From Octopus bimaculoides (lineage: Eukaryota), in assembly GCF_001194135.2 (NCBI RefSeq), contig NC_068990.1:4981213-5013663 (forward strand): a stretch of 32,451 nucleotides of DNA, read 5' to 3'. A model generated the notes under the pieces. It was given only the letters and a program-made list of their open reading frames with translations. It was not told the DNA's origin and ran no database searches. Positions 22,436 to 32,451 of this stretch are shown one piece after another (position 1 is the stretch's first letter; the number at the start of each line of letters is the position of its first letter). The translations under genes were made by a program, and so were the position numbers.

Positions 22436-22928
22436 TTAGCATCCAGTTTTCTATGCTACCATGGCTCAAAAGAAATTTATTGAAGAGCATTTGGCATGTA
22501 AAAACATGGCAAATATTCTTCTTGTCATCAAATCTTACTTGTTCACAGAAAAGGTAATATTTCCCTTTGTCTTACAAAACATTCAAACAATTCCATTGCA
22601 ACACACGGTTTTGCAGCAGATTGCAAACACTGATATACAGCAGCAATATTGTTTTTACAGAGCACAAAAGTATGAAAAGACAATAGAAAGACAGATATAC
22701 AGACATACATGTGCACATCACACATATATGCATATACATACACAGTCACACACACATGTGCAAATCACACATATATGCATATACATACAGTCACACACAC
22801 ATACATATATACATAAGCATACACAACAAGCCTGATGAATTTCTTGCAGAAGACATCTGCCCTGAGTGTCATGTCATGGAAATAAGTACAAAACTATGTT
22901 TTTATGAAGCAAACTTTCTAACCATATG

Positions 22929-23085
22929 CAGTGCATTATAGACCTTTGAGCAAAGCAATGCATTGGGCCCTGTAGTTTTCATTTATTGACTGCAAGCCAC
23001 AACATAAATAGATCAGAATTGGACTCCTACACCTGTGGTGCCCCCAGGCAATTGCTCAGTATGCCCATGCTTGAAAATAGCACTG
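22929..23085 (-). mobile_element. Second copy of the hAT-type MITE
   Basis: Reverse complement CAGTGCTATTTTCAAGCATGGGCATACTGAGCAATTGCCTGGGGGC...GGTGTAGGAG aligns with 3330-3497; the far terminus is eroded. Confidence 0.6.
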
Positions 23086-23128
23086 ACAATATGGCTATGT
23101 CTGAGCTTAAGATATAAATATATAATTT

Positions 23129-23700
23129 GATGGCAAAACTATAGATCCTACGGTACATTGACCAGATCCTAAGACCTCACATTATGCCTTTTTTTAAATC
23201 CATCACCATAGCCACATGTTCTAGTAGGACAATGCTCCCTCCCACATGGCCAGAGTCACCATGGACTTCCTGCATCAGCACAACACCAGAACCATGCCAT
23301 GGCTGGCTCTCAGCCCGGATTTGAACCCAATTGAACATTTGTGGGATGAAATCCAGAGACAGCTCAACCAGGTGGTCCCAGGGCCAACAACTCATGTGGA
23401 ACTGGAAGCAGCTTTTCTCATGGAATGGGCACAGGTGCCAATGGCTTTTGTGAACCACCTCGTGCACACCATGTACCGACAGTGTATGACCGTTTTGAAC
23501 ACCCAGGGAGGGCATACACGGTATTCAGCATGTCACACCCTACAATCTCGATGCCCATTTCCAGAACACATGACAAGGATCCATAGACTGTGGTCAAAGT
23601 GAATCCAAGAAATTGACAATAAATTTATCAAAATTTATCTCTGATATAATGAAATTAAAACATATTTCACAGTCACACATCTTGCATTTGTGGTTCAGTG
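23129..23700 (+). mobile_element. Tc1-family (DD34E) transposon, 3' third with right TIR
   Basis: RYIDQILRPHIMPF, a frameshift, then F**DNAPSHMARVTMDFL...WLALSPDLNPIEHLWDEIQRQL...QGGHTRY. D at 23228 and E at 23333 are separated by 34 residues. QQ has become TAG TAG and the natural stop reads TCA. The element ends GTGGTTCAGTG|TA. Confidence 0.9.
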
Positions 23701-25375
23701 TATATGAGTTAAACTAAAAACGTGTATGAATTAAATAAGGGCACCCAGAATAAACTTCTAAAAATCATCATTACGATTAGCTACAAAGAAATCAAACACC
23801 AGGCAAAATTCATAGCAGACATACTAAAATTAGGCAATATGGTATTAATGTAAAGAATAAATCACCCTGAAAGACCACATAGAAATTTTTACAGCAAGCC
23901 AAAATGCAGGTTGATAAATCTTGTGAAAATTTTACTTTAGTGTAGTCAGTTAACATATTCTTAACAATATGAAAGACAAAATTAAGGAAACCATCAACAT
24001 ACAGAAATTGAATAACAAGAACAATGCAAATAGTTGATTGTATAAATAGCATCAAGAACAAAAGCAGATCAAGTTTATTCAATTCAACATTCTCAAGTTT
24101 TGCCCATCAATTTCCATATACCTTCTCATCATGGCTTGGAATTCAAAAGGAAACTCAAAACCATCTATAGCAGCAATATTGGAATGATGTTTACTAGGAA
24201 ATTAACATCTTTCACTGACTAAACATGTAATATAAACATCAGTTACCTATTTAATGTTTGCATAATGGAGCTGAAGTAAACGACCTGGTTGTATTATATG
24301 TTTTAGATTATTAAAAAGGAAATTCAAAACTCTAGATATATGATTGCTCAAGGAATACAGTCTCACACTACACTTATCTAATATACTATTAGATAAGTAT
24401 AGTAAAAAAATTAATTAGCACACTCAAGGACTTAGCTTGAATATTACAGTCATGAACAATATAAACATATTCATCTTCCTAGACATAACATTAGACCAGG
24501 AGACCAGAAAATATCAACGATATAGAAAGCCAAACAAAATGTTCATGTACATTAATCAGTATTCTAACTATATTCAATATATTAAATCTTTAGCTTCTCA
24601 TATAACTAGATGAATATCCAGTATATTCTCAAGGAAGGCAACCTTCATCATGCTGCCAGTTATTGCAATAATGCTTTAAGAAAATAAAATGAGCATAAAG
24701 AAAAAATAATTTATTAACCATGTAGGAGCACATTATTTGGTTTAAATAAAATTTTCAGTGATAATGAAAATCAAACATATCTAGAAATCCCTTATATAAT
24801 TAGATTCATTTCCAAAACAATAATACCACAGATTATTTAACTAAAAGCATCAAGATATATTCTAACCATACAAAATGATAGCAGCATGAAGGGCCAACCT
24901 GAATAATATCAGTAAAACTAAGTGTAACTTTGAAAAGAGGAATGCTACAGTATTATCAATATATGCACAAAGAATAACATTGAATTATTGTGTAGAGTTG
25001 TCTGTTGGTCAAACATCAAACAGAGTATATCCTACATGAATATATCTGGGGCGATATTAATTGTGCATACCAGAGGAATAAAATAACATGACAAATAGAT
25101 ACTATAGTGGAAAGACCTATGTAATATCAAAATGTCTTTGCACAAACTTTATTCAGTCAATTACAACAAGGGTTCAGCCAAAAGTTTACTATATGCTGTT
25201 TTGTGGCACCAAACACCAGTAATGCTTTCCTATTATGTGTAAAACAATTCTTATCTGATTAAATTTTTGGAAGCAGTGCAAAATATGTCAACTTTATCCC
25301 TTCACCAGTAATATATATANNNNNNNNNNNNNNNNNNNNNNNNNNNNNNNNNNNNNNNNNNNNNNNNNNNNNNNN

Positions 25376-25459
<84 letters not shown>
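25376..25459. repeat. Compound (TA)n(AG)n microsatellite beside a gap
   Basis: Read directly. Confidence 0.95.
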
Positions 25460-25465
<6 letters not shown>

Positions 25466-25515
25466 TACACACATACACACACACAGACATATACAGACAT
25501 GCATATTAATATTTA

Positions 25516-25858
25516 TCTTTTACTTCTTTCAATTGTGACACTACAGTCATGCTGGGGCACCATTATGAAGAACTTTTAGTTGAATGAATCAGCACTAGTA
25601 TTTAAAAAAAAATTATTTTATAAGCCTGGTATTCATTATATCAGTCTCTTATGCCAAGCTGCTAAGTTACAGGGAAGTAAACACACAAACACTGGTTGTT
25701 AAGCAGTGGTGGGGGACAAACACAGACTCAAAGACACACACACACATAGATATATATATTCATATACATATATAACAAGCTTCTTTCTGTTTCTGTCTAC
25801 CAAATCCACTGACAAGGCTTTGGTTGGCCCAAGGTTATACTAGAAGACACTTGTCCAA
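25516..25858 (-). mobile_element. CORE-type SINE (family A) lacking the tRNA head
   Basis: CTACCAAATCCACTGACAAGGCTTTGGTTGGCCCAAGGTTATACTAGAAGACACTTG, plus the 3' block CATGCTGGGGCACC. Confidence 0.7.
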
Positions 25859-25896
25859 GTCTATCCTTCTCCTTTTGAATGAGAAAACATGCAGTA

Positions 25897-25936
<40 letters not shown>

Positions 25937-26917
25937 TAATAATTTAATTTCAAATAAATCATTATGCTTACAGGGTAATATGTGTAGGTAATCTCTAATA
26001 CTTCAAGTCAAGATTCTGATAAGAAATAACTTGGAATGCGAATAAATTCTTTAACATTGTTTTCAATATCATCAAAGTTTCATACCACAAAAAAGAGAAC
26101 AGATAACATAAGTATGGGCATCACTAAGAAGCAAGGTGTGAGTATGATAACAGTAAAATATGTCTTTAAAATACCAGTCTATGAATATTCATTTGTTAAT
26201 CTACATTTGCAGCTACTACTTTGCATCAACTTCTTTCTTTATTCAAAATATACACATGCAGAATATTGCTTAGTGTATGTATAAGTTGTTGCTGCAAGTA
26301 ATCTAACAATTCTATCCAGGAAAATGTAGTAGATTACATTGAAAGAATATAATAACAATAAACTGACTTTGTAAGGAATCTTTTATAATATGATAAAAAA
26401 TATCTAAAACATTTGAAATATGTGGTAGTTGTACAATGGCATTAGAATTTCTTTCAAAGGTTAAAGCTCTTATCTTAAGAACAAATCTAGAGATGGTAAG
26501 ATTTGAAACAGTCAAATTTTCTTCTGAAAAAGAGCCATTGTTTTGAAAGCATGAAACAGCTACCTGGAAACAGAATCCTACTTTGATGTTCACTAGTTTA
26601 TCCTGAGAGAATTTTCGTGAAGGAAAAACACTGCAAAAATCCTAACCACTTCATAATACACCTCATCCTTAAGCAAGTACTTCAAATTTAAGCTATTTCT
26701 ACCACGTAGTTGTTTCAATCCAGTGAAGTGCATGACAACATGTTTATAAATAAGATTCACTTTGAGAGTAATAACATATTCTCTTCAGTACTCTTTGATT
26801 CTGTAAATTTAGTAGTGAATGGAAGTTATTATAATGAAATCTACCGAATTGAACATAGGAATTGCTGCTGGGTTTATTTAATGAAACTCTGAGGAAAGAA
26901 AATTTCAAGTTTGTGAT

Positions 26918-27120
26918 GAAGCCCATGAATGGCTATGTAATTAAGAAGTTTGCTTCTTAACATGGTTTCAGGTTCATTCCCACTGTGTGGTACATCTGCT
27001 ATATGCCTTAGGCTGACAGAAGCTTATGAATGAAATTTGGTAAATGGTAAATTTATGAAAACTGGTCATATGTATTGCATGTCTAAGCATCTGTACACAT
27101 GCACATGTGTGTGTGCATGT
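26918..27120 (+). mobile_element. Degraded family A SINE 5' half
   Basis: TGGCTATGTAATTAAGAAGTTTGCTT...CATGGTTTCAGGTTCATTCCCACTG resembles the family A head. Confidence 0.5.
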
Positions 27121-27123
27121 GTC

Positions 27124-27154
<31 letters not shown>

Positions 27155-27164
<10 letters not shown>

Positions 27165-27577
27165 TTATATTAAGGGCATTACTTTACATAAATGTCTCAC
27201 ACTATGAGGGACTTTAAGGTCAAAACTACCAAAATTCGAAAAAGCCCACCTCTTACATAGATATATAATGAGTGAACAACTCTATGTACTATGTGGGATA
27301 CATTTGGTGTTTGTCTGGTATGTTGATTTTTTTGGTTCATTTTTTTAAGTGTCTTGATTATGCCTGCACTGACGATTAAAAAGTGCACTTTGTGCACTAA
27401 TTATGAAATCATATGGTCTGTGGCTGAATCTGTTTTTATGATGCTCGCTTTGGGAGTTGCATTCCCTCGCATTTGATAAAATGTGTTTATTATGGTAGTT
27501 TTGACTTTAAGAGTTTTGACTTTAAGAGTCGCATGAGGCATTTATGTTAGTAATGCCCTTAATATAAATAAATATAT
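27155..27577. mobile_element. MITE-like element with ~75-bp terminal inverted repeats
   Basis: ATATATTTATTTATATTAAGGGCATTACT...GTCAAAACTACCA (27155-27231) pairs with TGGTAGTTTTGAC...AGTAATGCCCTTAATATAAATAAATATAT (27493-27577). The right arm has a 15-bp duplication, AGTTTTGACTTTAAG x2. Confidence 0.75.
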
Positions 27578-27748
27578 TTAAAGGGAATAATTAATAATTT
27601 TCCCTTATGAGGTTTTTCACGCTGACTACTTGATAAATTTTTATAAAGATTTTATTCTATTTTTNNNNNNNNNNNNNNNNNNNNNNNNNNNNNNNNNNNN
27701 NNNNNNNNNNNNNNNNNNNNNNNNNNNNNNNNNNNNNNNNNNNNNNAT

Positions 27749-27810
27749 ATATACATGTAAGCACACACAGACACATATATACATGTGTCTGTGTGTGCTT
27801 ACATGTATAT
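27749..27810. repeat. Perfect 28-bp-arm palindrome at a contig end
   Basis: ATATACATGTAAGCACACACAGACACAT, loop ATATAC, then the exact reverse complement. Confidence 0.9.
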
Positions 27811-28371
27811 ACAGGTATATAAAGTCCTGGGAGGGGAGAAAGATTAGGTGTTTCCAATGCAGCACTCAACCTTAGTTTTAGGCTATCAACACTCTTGATC
27901 TTAAGTAAGATTAAATTTCTTCAGGTGTAGAAAATCCAGGTGTTACAACAGTAAAACCATTATGTGGGTTTAGCAAAAAGTAAAATGTAATCCAAATGAG
28001 AAGACAAAGAAATGCCCAGTTACAATTGTTTCTGTACCAACTCTGTTCCAGCAAAAGTTCCATGTGGAAAGTTATGTAATATTTGCAGTTTTAAACATTA
28101 GAGTAGCACTTGTTCAGACTTACCTCAAAGTTATGCTTTTACATTGTGTGTTTGTCAAGCATTGTAACTAGTCGTTGAAGGTGTGGGAAACTTTTCCTTT
28201 GCTTTCTTATTTCGATTATATATGTGTGTGTGCATGTGTGTGCATGTACATGTCTTTGTATGTACTTGCATGTGTAACAAGAAATGTATGTAGGAAGGAT
28301 AGAAGTGTGTGAGAAAGAATGAAATATGCATGTATTTTTTCCTTTTCTAATATTTCAATGTTAATTCATTT

Positions 28372-28793
28372 AGGCACAAGAGTGGCTGTCTGGTAAGTAG
28401 CTTGCTTACCAACCACATGGTTCCAGGTTCAGTCCCACTGCATGGCACCTTGGGCAAGTGTCTTCTAGTATAGCCTCGGGCAGACCAAAGCCTTGTGAGT
28501 GGATTTGGTAGATGGAAACTGAAAGAAGCCCATCGTATATATATATATATATATATATATACAAATATATATATGTGTGTGTGTGTATGTTTGTGTGTCT
28601 GTGTTTGTCTCCTCACCATCACTTGACAATTGATGTTGGTGTGTTTACGTCCCCGTAACTTAGTGGTCTGGCAAAAGTGACCAATAGAATAAGTACTAGG
28701 CTTACAAAGAATAAGTTCTGGGGTCGATTTGATTGACTAGAGGCAGTGCTCCAGCATGGCCACAGTCAAATGACTGAAACAAATTAAAGAAAA
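28372..28793 (+). mobile_element. CORE-type SINE (family A), full length, with internal (TA)n/(TG)n
   Basis: Head GTGGCTGTCTGGTAAGTAGC...GGTTCAGTCCC; CORE-like CACCTTGGGCAAGTGTCTTCTAGTATAGCCTCGGG; 3' block GGCAGTGCTCCAGCATGGCCACAGTCAAATGACTGAAAC with an A-rich tail. Confidence 0.85.
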
Positions 28794-30961
28794 TCAGAAC
28801 TGTAGTTTCACAATGCTTTCAACTCAAGATGAAGGTGTAGCTCAGTGCAGTGTCTTGCCAATCAGAAGTTTTATATGATAATGATCTTGAAACATAATCT
28901 CTATACTGTATTCTAAGGGGAAAATAAGCAACTATAATATTTTGCAGCATGAAATTTCATATTTGGGTTCAGCACCTTATCAATGATCTGTAGAATACTC
29001 GATCTGAGCAAACAGGTCAGAGTTTATTAGTCAATAAAGGTTTGAATAATAAAGGTAAAACAAAAGTGATCTAAAAGGAAAACAATTCAATAGAAAATGC
29101 TGTGTAATTCAGTAATTTATAATCAATTAAACTCCATAAGTTATATGACTAAATACCATCTAAGATTGAACAGAAGTCTTAAGACTACTCGTCACATTCC
29201 ATCAAACGAAATAACCTCCTTTATTATATCTGAGTGAACACATGCATAAACATGCCCACATTTGTGTATTAATTAGCATCTTTGACTACTAAATATCTAC
29301 TTATTTAATAATTTTGTCTTACAATCTTTTGAATGTAAGAAATCAATATCAATTGCCAAACATTCCACATGAATTATAAATGAGCTGACACCTAAGCAAG
29401 TCTTGCATTCATTGTACAATGAAATTTTGTATTAATTCTCACATTCACTAAACTAAATTGGAAAACCTATATGTAATCTGGAACATTGTATTGCAGAAAG
29501 GCATTGATGAAATTAAAGCTCACCTATTTATCATTTGCCAGTCACTTCTGATGAAAACCATCCTAATTAGAACATATCTGGAACGAGAACAAAGTATATT
29601 AAGCATGGCAGGAATTAAACAATGAAATACAGTGATCATAATTGTTATGCTGATAATGGTAATAAGTTTGATGAAGATTATAATGATGGTGGAAGGGAAA
29701 CTGTTTCTGCAGATGATGATGCATCAAAATTAATAATGATGGGTACAATTGTGATAGGAGTTATTATGTTAATTTCATTGAGATCTATTTGGGCAGAAAG
29801 AACGTTTCAATCACAAAAATTACAACAAAAACACATTCACAATATTAAAATTCAACGATATAATTAATTATAGTAGATCATTTTCAACTCTTAAACAGAT
29901 TTTCCCCTCACATCATGACTGCTGAACAATGTAAAATTGTTCAGAGTAGTATATGAGACTTCTAAATTTAAAACTTTTCAAAGTTGCCTTCATTTGCCAA
30001 ATTTAATTAGTTAATAAAATATCCAGTGTATATTGGTGTAAGTCTTCAAAAATAAAGTTATGTTGTTATAGTTGGTTAACCTTAGGGCCACGCTGATTGA
30101 ATAGACCCATGATTGAAAGCATCCTGGTTGTGATTATCTGCCCTTTTTATATATCCAATGTATCCTCCCTATTTTTAATACAGTAGGATATTATTTGAGA
30201 GAGATAAGGCTGCTATTTCTGGCAGGTCAAATGACCACATAGAGGCCTTCCTATTGGCTTATACTATATTTGTCAAATATAGTTTATGTAAACATAAAAT
30301 ACAACAATAAGAGACTGTGGTATGTGACTAAGATCATTATTTTTTACAGTTTGATACAAGTTCTTGTGCAATGAAAACTTTTTATGCTATTCAGATGAAT
30401 TATGTTTAAATAAATTTAAATAGATTTATTGTATAAAATTAACAAACATCTATCATGTGAACTTTGCTCAAGTTGTGACACCTTCAACATTTATATAAGT
30501 TTCAAATAATCATTTATTATAACAAATTTTAATATTTTCTTTTTGGGTAACTTAAATAAAATATGGCTACATTTTAATGTTAATCAGTTATTTAAAAAAA
30601 TTTTTCCTTAATTATATAAAATGAAGATAACTCCTGATGTAAAAATGTAAAGCTTAAAAAGAATAAAAATGTGACTAATTAAAGTTAAGGTATGGCATAT
30701 ATTAATGAATGGAATGTGATAGATATGCAGATTCAATTTGTAACTTGACATATATGCATGAAGGAATTGATAAATTTTGGGCATCACTGATTTGTATACT
30801 TAACGTAGAAATATGTCATAAAATTAAAAATATAGTAATTTTTTAAACAAGTAGTATTATAATTTACATAAAATATTTCCACAAATTGATCATCAAAATC
30901 ATTTGTTTAATAAATTCAAACATCTCCTAATATAATAATGAGTGTAGTGTTTATATATATA

Positions 30962-32451
30962 CTAACAGAGCCACCCGGCATGAAATTGTTGCTTATTGGT
31001 ACTTGGAAACTTTTACGATAATTAAAATGGGGATTAATTGAAAAAAATTCACACAGCGAATATACCACGTTATTGTTTCACTGTTATATACACAGATATA
31101 CATTGACGCATGTCAGTCGAAAAGTGAAAGTGTAATAGTAATACTTACTTTAACACTCAATGGTTTTACACTTTTGTATATGACATGTACATACTATTCA
31201 TGTAAGTGCTTCTTCATATACTATATTTTCTGTCTTGCCATGTTTATCACTGAGAATGTAGAGGTTATTTTCATCTCCAACTCTAGNNNNNNNNNNNNNN
31301 NNNNNNNNNNNNNNNNNNNNNNNNNNNNNNNNNNNNNNNNNNNNNNNNNNNNNNNNNNNNNNNNNNNNNNNNNNNNNNNNNNNNNNNNNNNNNNNNNNNN
31401 NNNNNNNNNNNNNNNNNNNNNNNNNNNNNNNNNNNNNNNNNNNNNNNNNNNNNNNNNNNNNNNNNNNNNNNNNNNNNNNNNNNNNNNNNNNNNNNNNNNN
31501 NNNNNNNNNNNNNNNNNNNNNNNNNNNNNNNNNNNNNNNNNNATTATGGGAGCACCTATTTTCACGATCAGAATGTGTGGTGGAAATCCTGGTGGCTGAA
31601 GTGAATTGAGGAACTCCACTAGGTAATGCGTTGCCTGTTGTTGATCAGGGACAGAGTTAATTGATCTGTATGAACATTCAGGTCCTGGAAGCTGAGTTAA
31701 CAAATTTAAATTCAGCTTGTCTACAGAATCATTCCTTGGTGCCAGAATTGTTCTTTCACATAGCCACTTGTGACTTTTGTAGTTTGTGGCAATGTTTGGA
31801 AACACCTTGCTCTTTAGTTCTTCAAGGGAGGCAGTCATATTGCCACATGGGAGATGATGCAGATTATCTTCTGGATTTTGTAGAAGTTTTCCATTTCCAA
31901 TGTCAAGTAACTTGTTGAAGAACTGTGCAGCTAACGGGTCACCATGAATGTGAACCCTCATGTTGGTTGTCAGAGTAAGCTGCTTGACATGTTGCCAGAT
32001 ATATGAGGACTTGATGCAAGCTCTCAGCTCATCTGCCCTGGTTCCTCTGGGAACGACAGGCAGCGTTTGCCCAAAGTCACCAGCCATGTGGAGGGTGACA
32101 CCACCCATGATCTTATTGTTTCTGGAGTCTTGTAGTGTTCTATCAAGTGCTTCGAAGGCTGCCTTATGGGACATTGTTGCCTCATCCCAGACAATGAGTT
32201 TGGCATCTGTAAGTTTTGCTAACGCTGTATTCTTTGTTATGTTGCATAAAAGAGATTCATTTTGGATGCGGTTCAGAGGCAGCTTGAATGTTGAATGGGC
32301 TGTTCTTCCACCTGTTAGGAGTGTGGCTGCAATTCCAGAGGATGCAACAGCCAGAGCAATCTTGTTCTTCTGTCTCACCTTGGCAAGGAGCAGGCTGATC
32401 AATAATGTCTTTCCTGTGCCTCCAGGAGCATCTAAGAAGAAAACCCCACCA
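30962..32451 (-). mobile_element. Autonomous-type Helitron, 3' part (continues beyond the window)
   Basis: A Pif1-like helicase ORF is followed about 236 bp later by GCCGGGTGGCTCTGTTAG|T, a Helitron-like 3' terminus placed before a T in a TA-rich site. Confidence 0.85.
31198..32450 (-). CDS. Helitron RepHel protein, C-terminal Pif1-family (SF1B) helicase domain; partial, interrupted by a 256-N gap
   Basis: Open frame: FFLDAPGGTGKT (Walker A), ALAVASSGIAATLL.GGRTAHSTFK, LIVWDEATM (Walker B), GDFGQTLPV, LTTNMR, ILAPRND, SLQPPGFPPH.L..KIGAPI. After the gap, in a different frame from the ORF track: SRVGDENNLYILSDKHGKTENIVYEEALT*, with TGA at 31200-31198. Confidence 0.92.

Noticed and set aside
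28118-28210. Perfect minus-strand donor GAG|GTAAGT at 28123
   Set aside because: All frames upstream close within a short distance and there is no clear acceptor; at most an unprovable UTR exon.
29622-29867. 81-aa ORF with an acidic stretch and a hydrophobic segment
   Set aside because: Looks like a degenerate (GAT/AAT)n repeat; no homology or splice support.

Overview
AT-rich (roughly two-thirds A+T by eye), microsatellite-dense eukaryotic DNA with six assembly gaps. The SINE families and transposase fragments look like those of a coleoid cephalopod, probably Octopus; this is inference from recalled motifs, not a database hit. I can support no host protein-coding exon with confidence, so the window reads as intron or intergenic DNA, and most ORFs in the track are microsatellite, gap or antisense artefacts. 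Transposon layers that can be read from the sequence: an RTE LINE fragment (1-151); a TIR-bounded pogo derivative retaining a Brinker-type DNA-binding remnant (321-1578); many tRNA-derived SINEs of at least three families; two hAT-type MITEs; a decayed Ty1/copia element (about 9385-12545) with a mariner 5' end nested inside it; a Tc1 DD34E 3' end; two long foldback structures; and Helitrons, including an open Pif1-like helicase ORF at the right edge. The most unusual items are a 515-bp foldback (19856-20370), a minisatellite of overlapping TTCnnnGAA/GAAnnTTC motifs next to a probable non-autonomous Helitron (9051-9192), and a cryptic decayed Gln/His/Arg-rich reading frame with a 151-bp duplication (5532-6320). 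Nothing here establishes a new biological system; the findings are leads.
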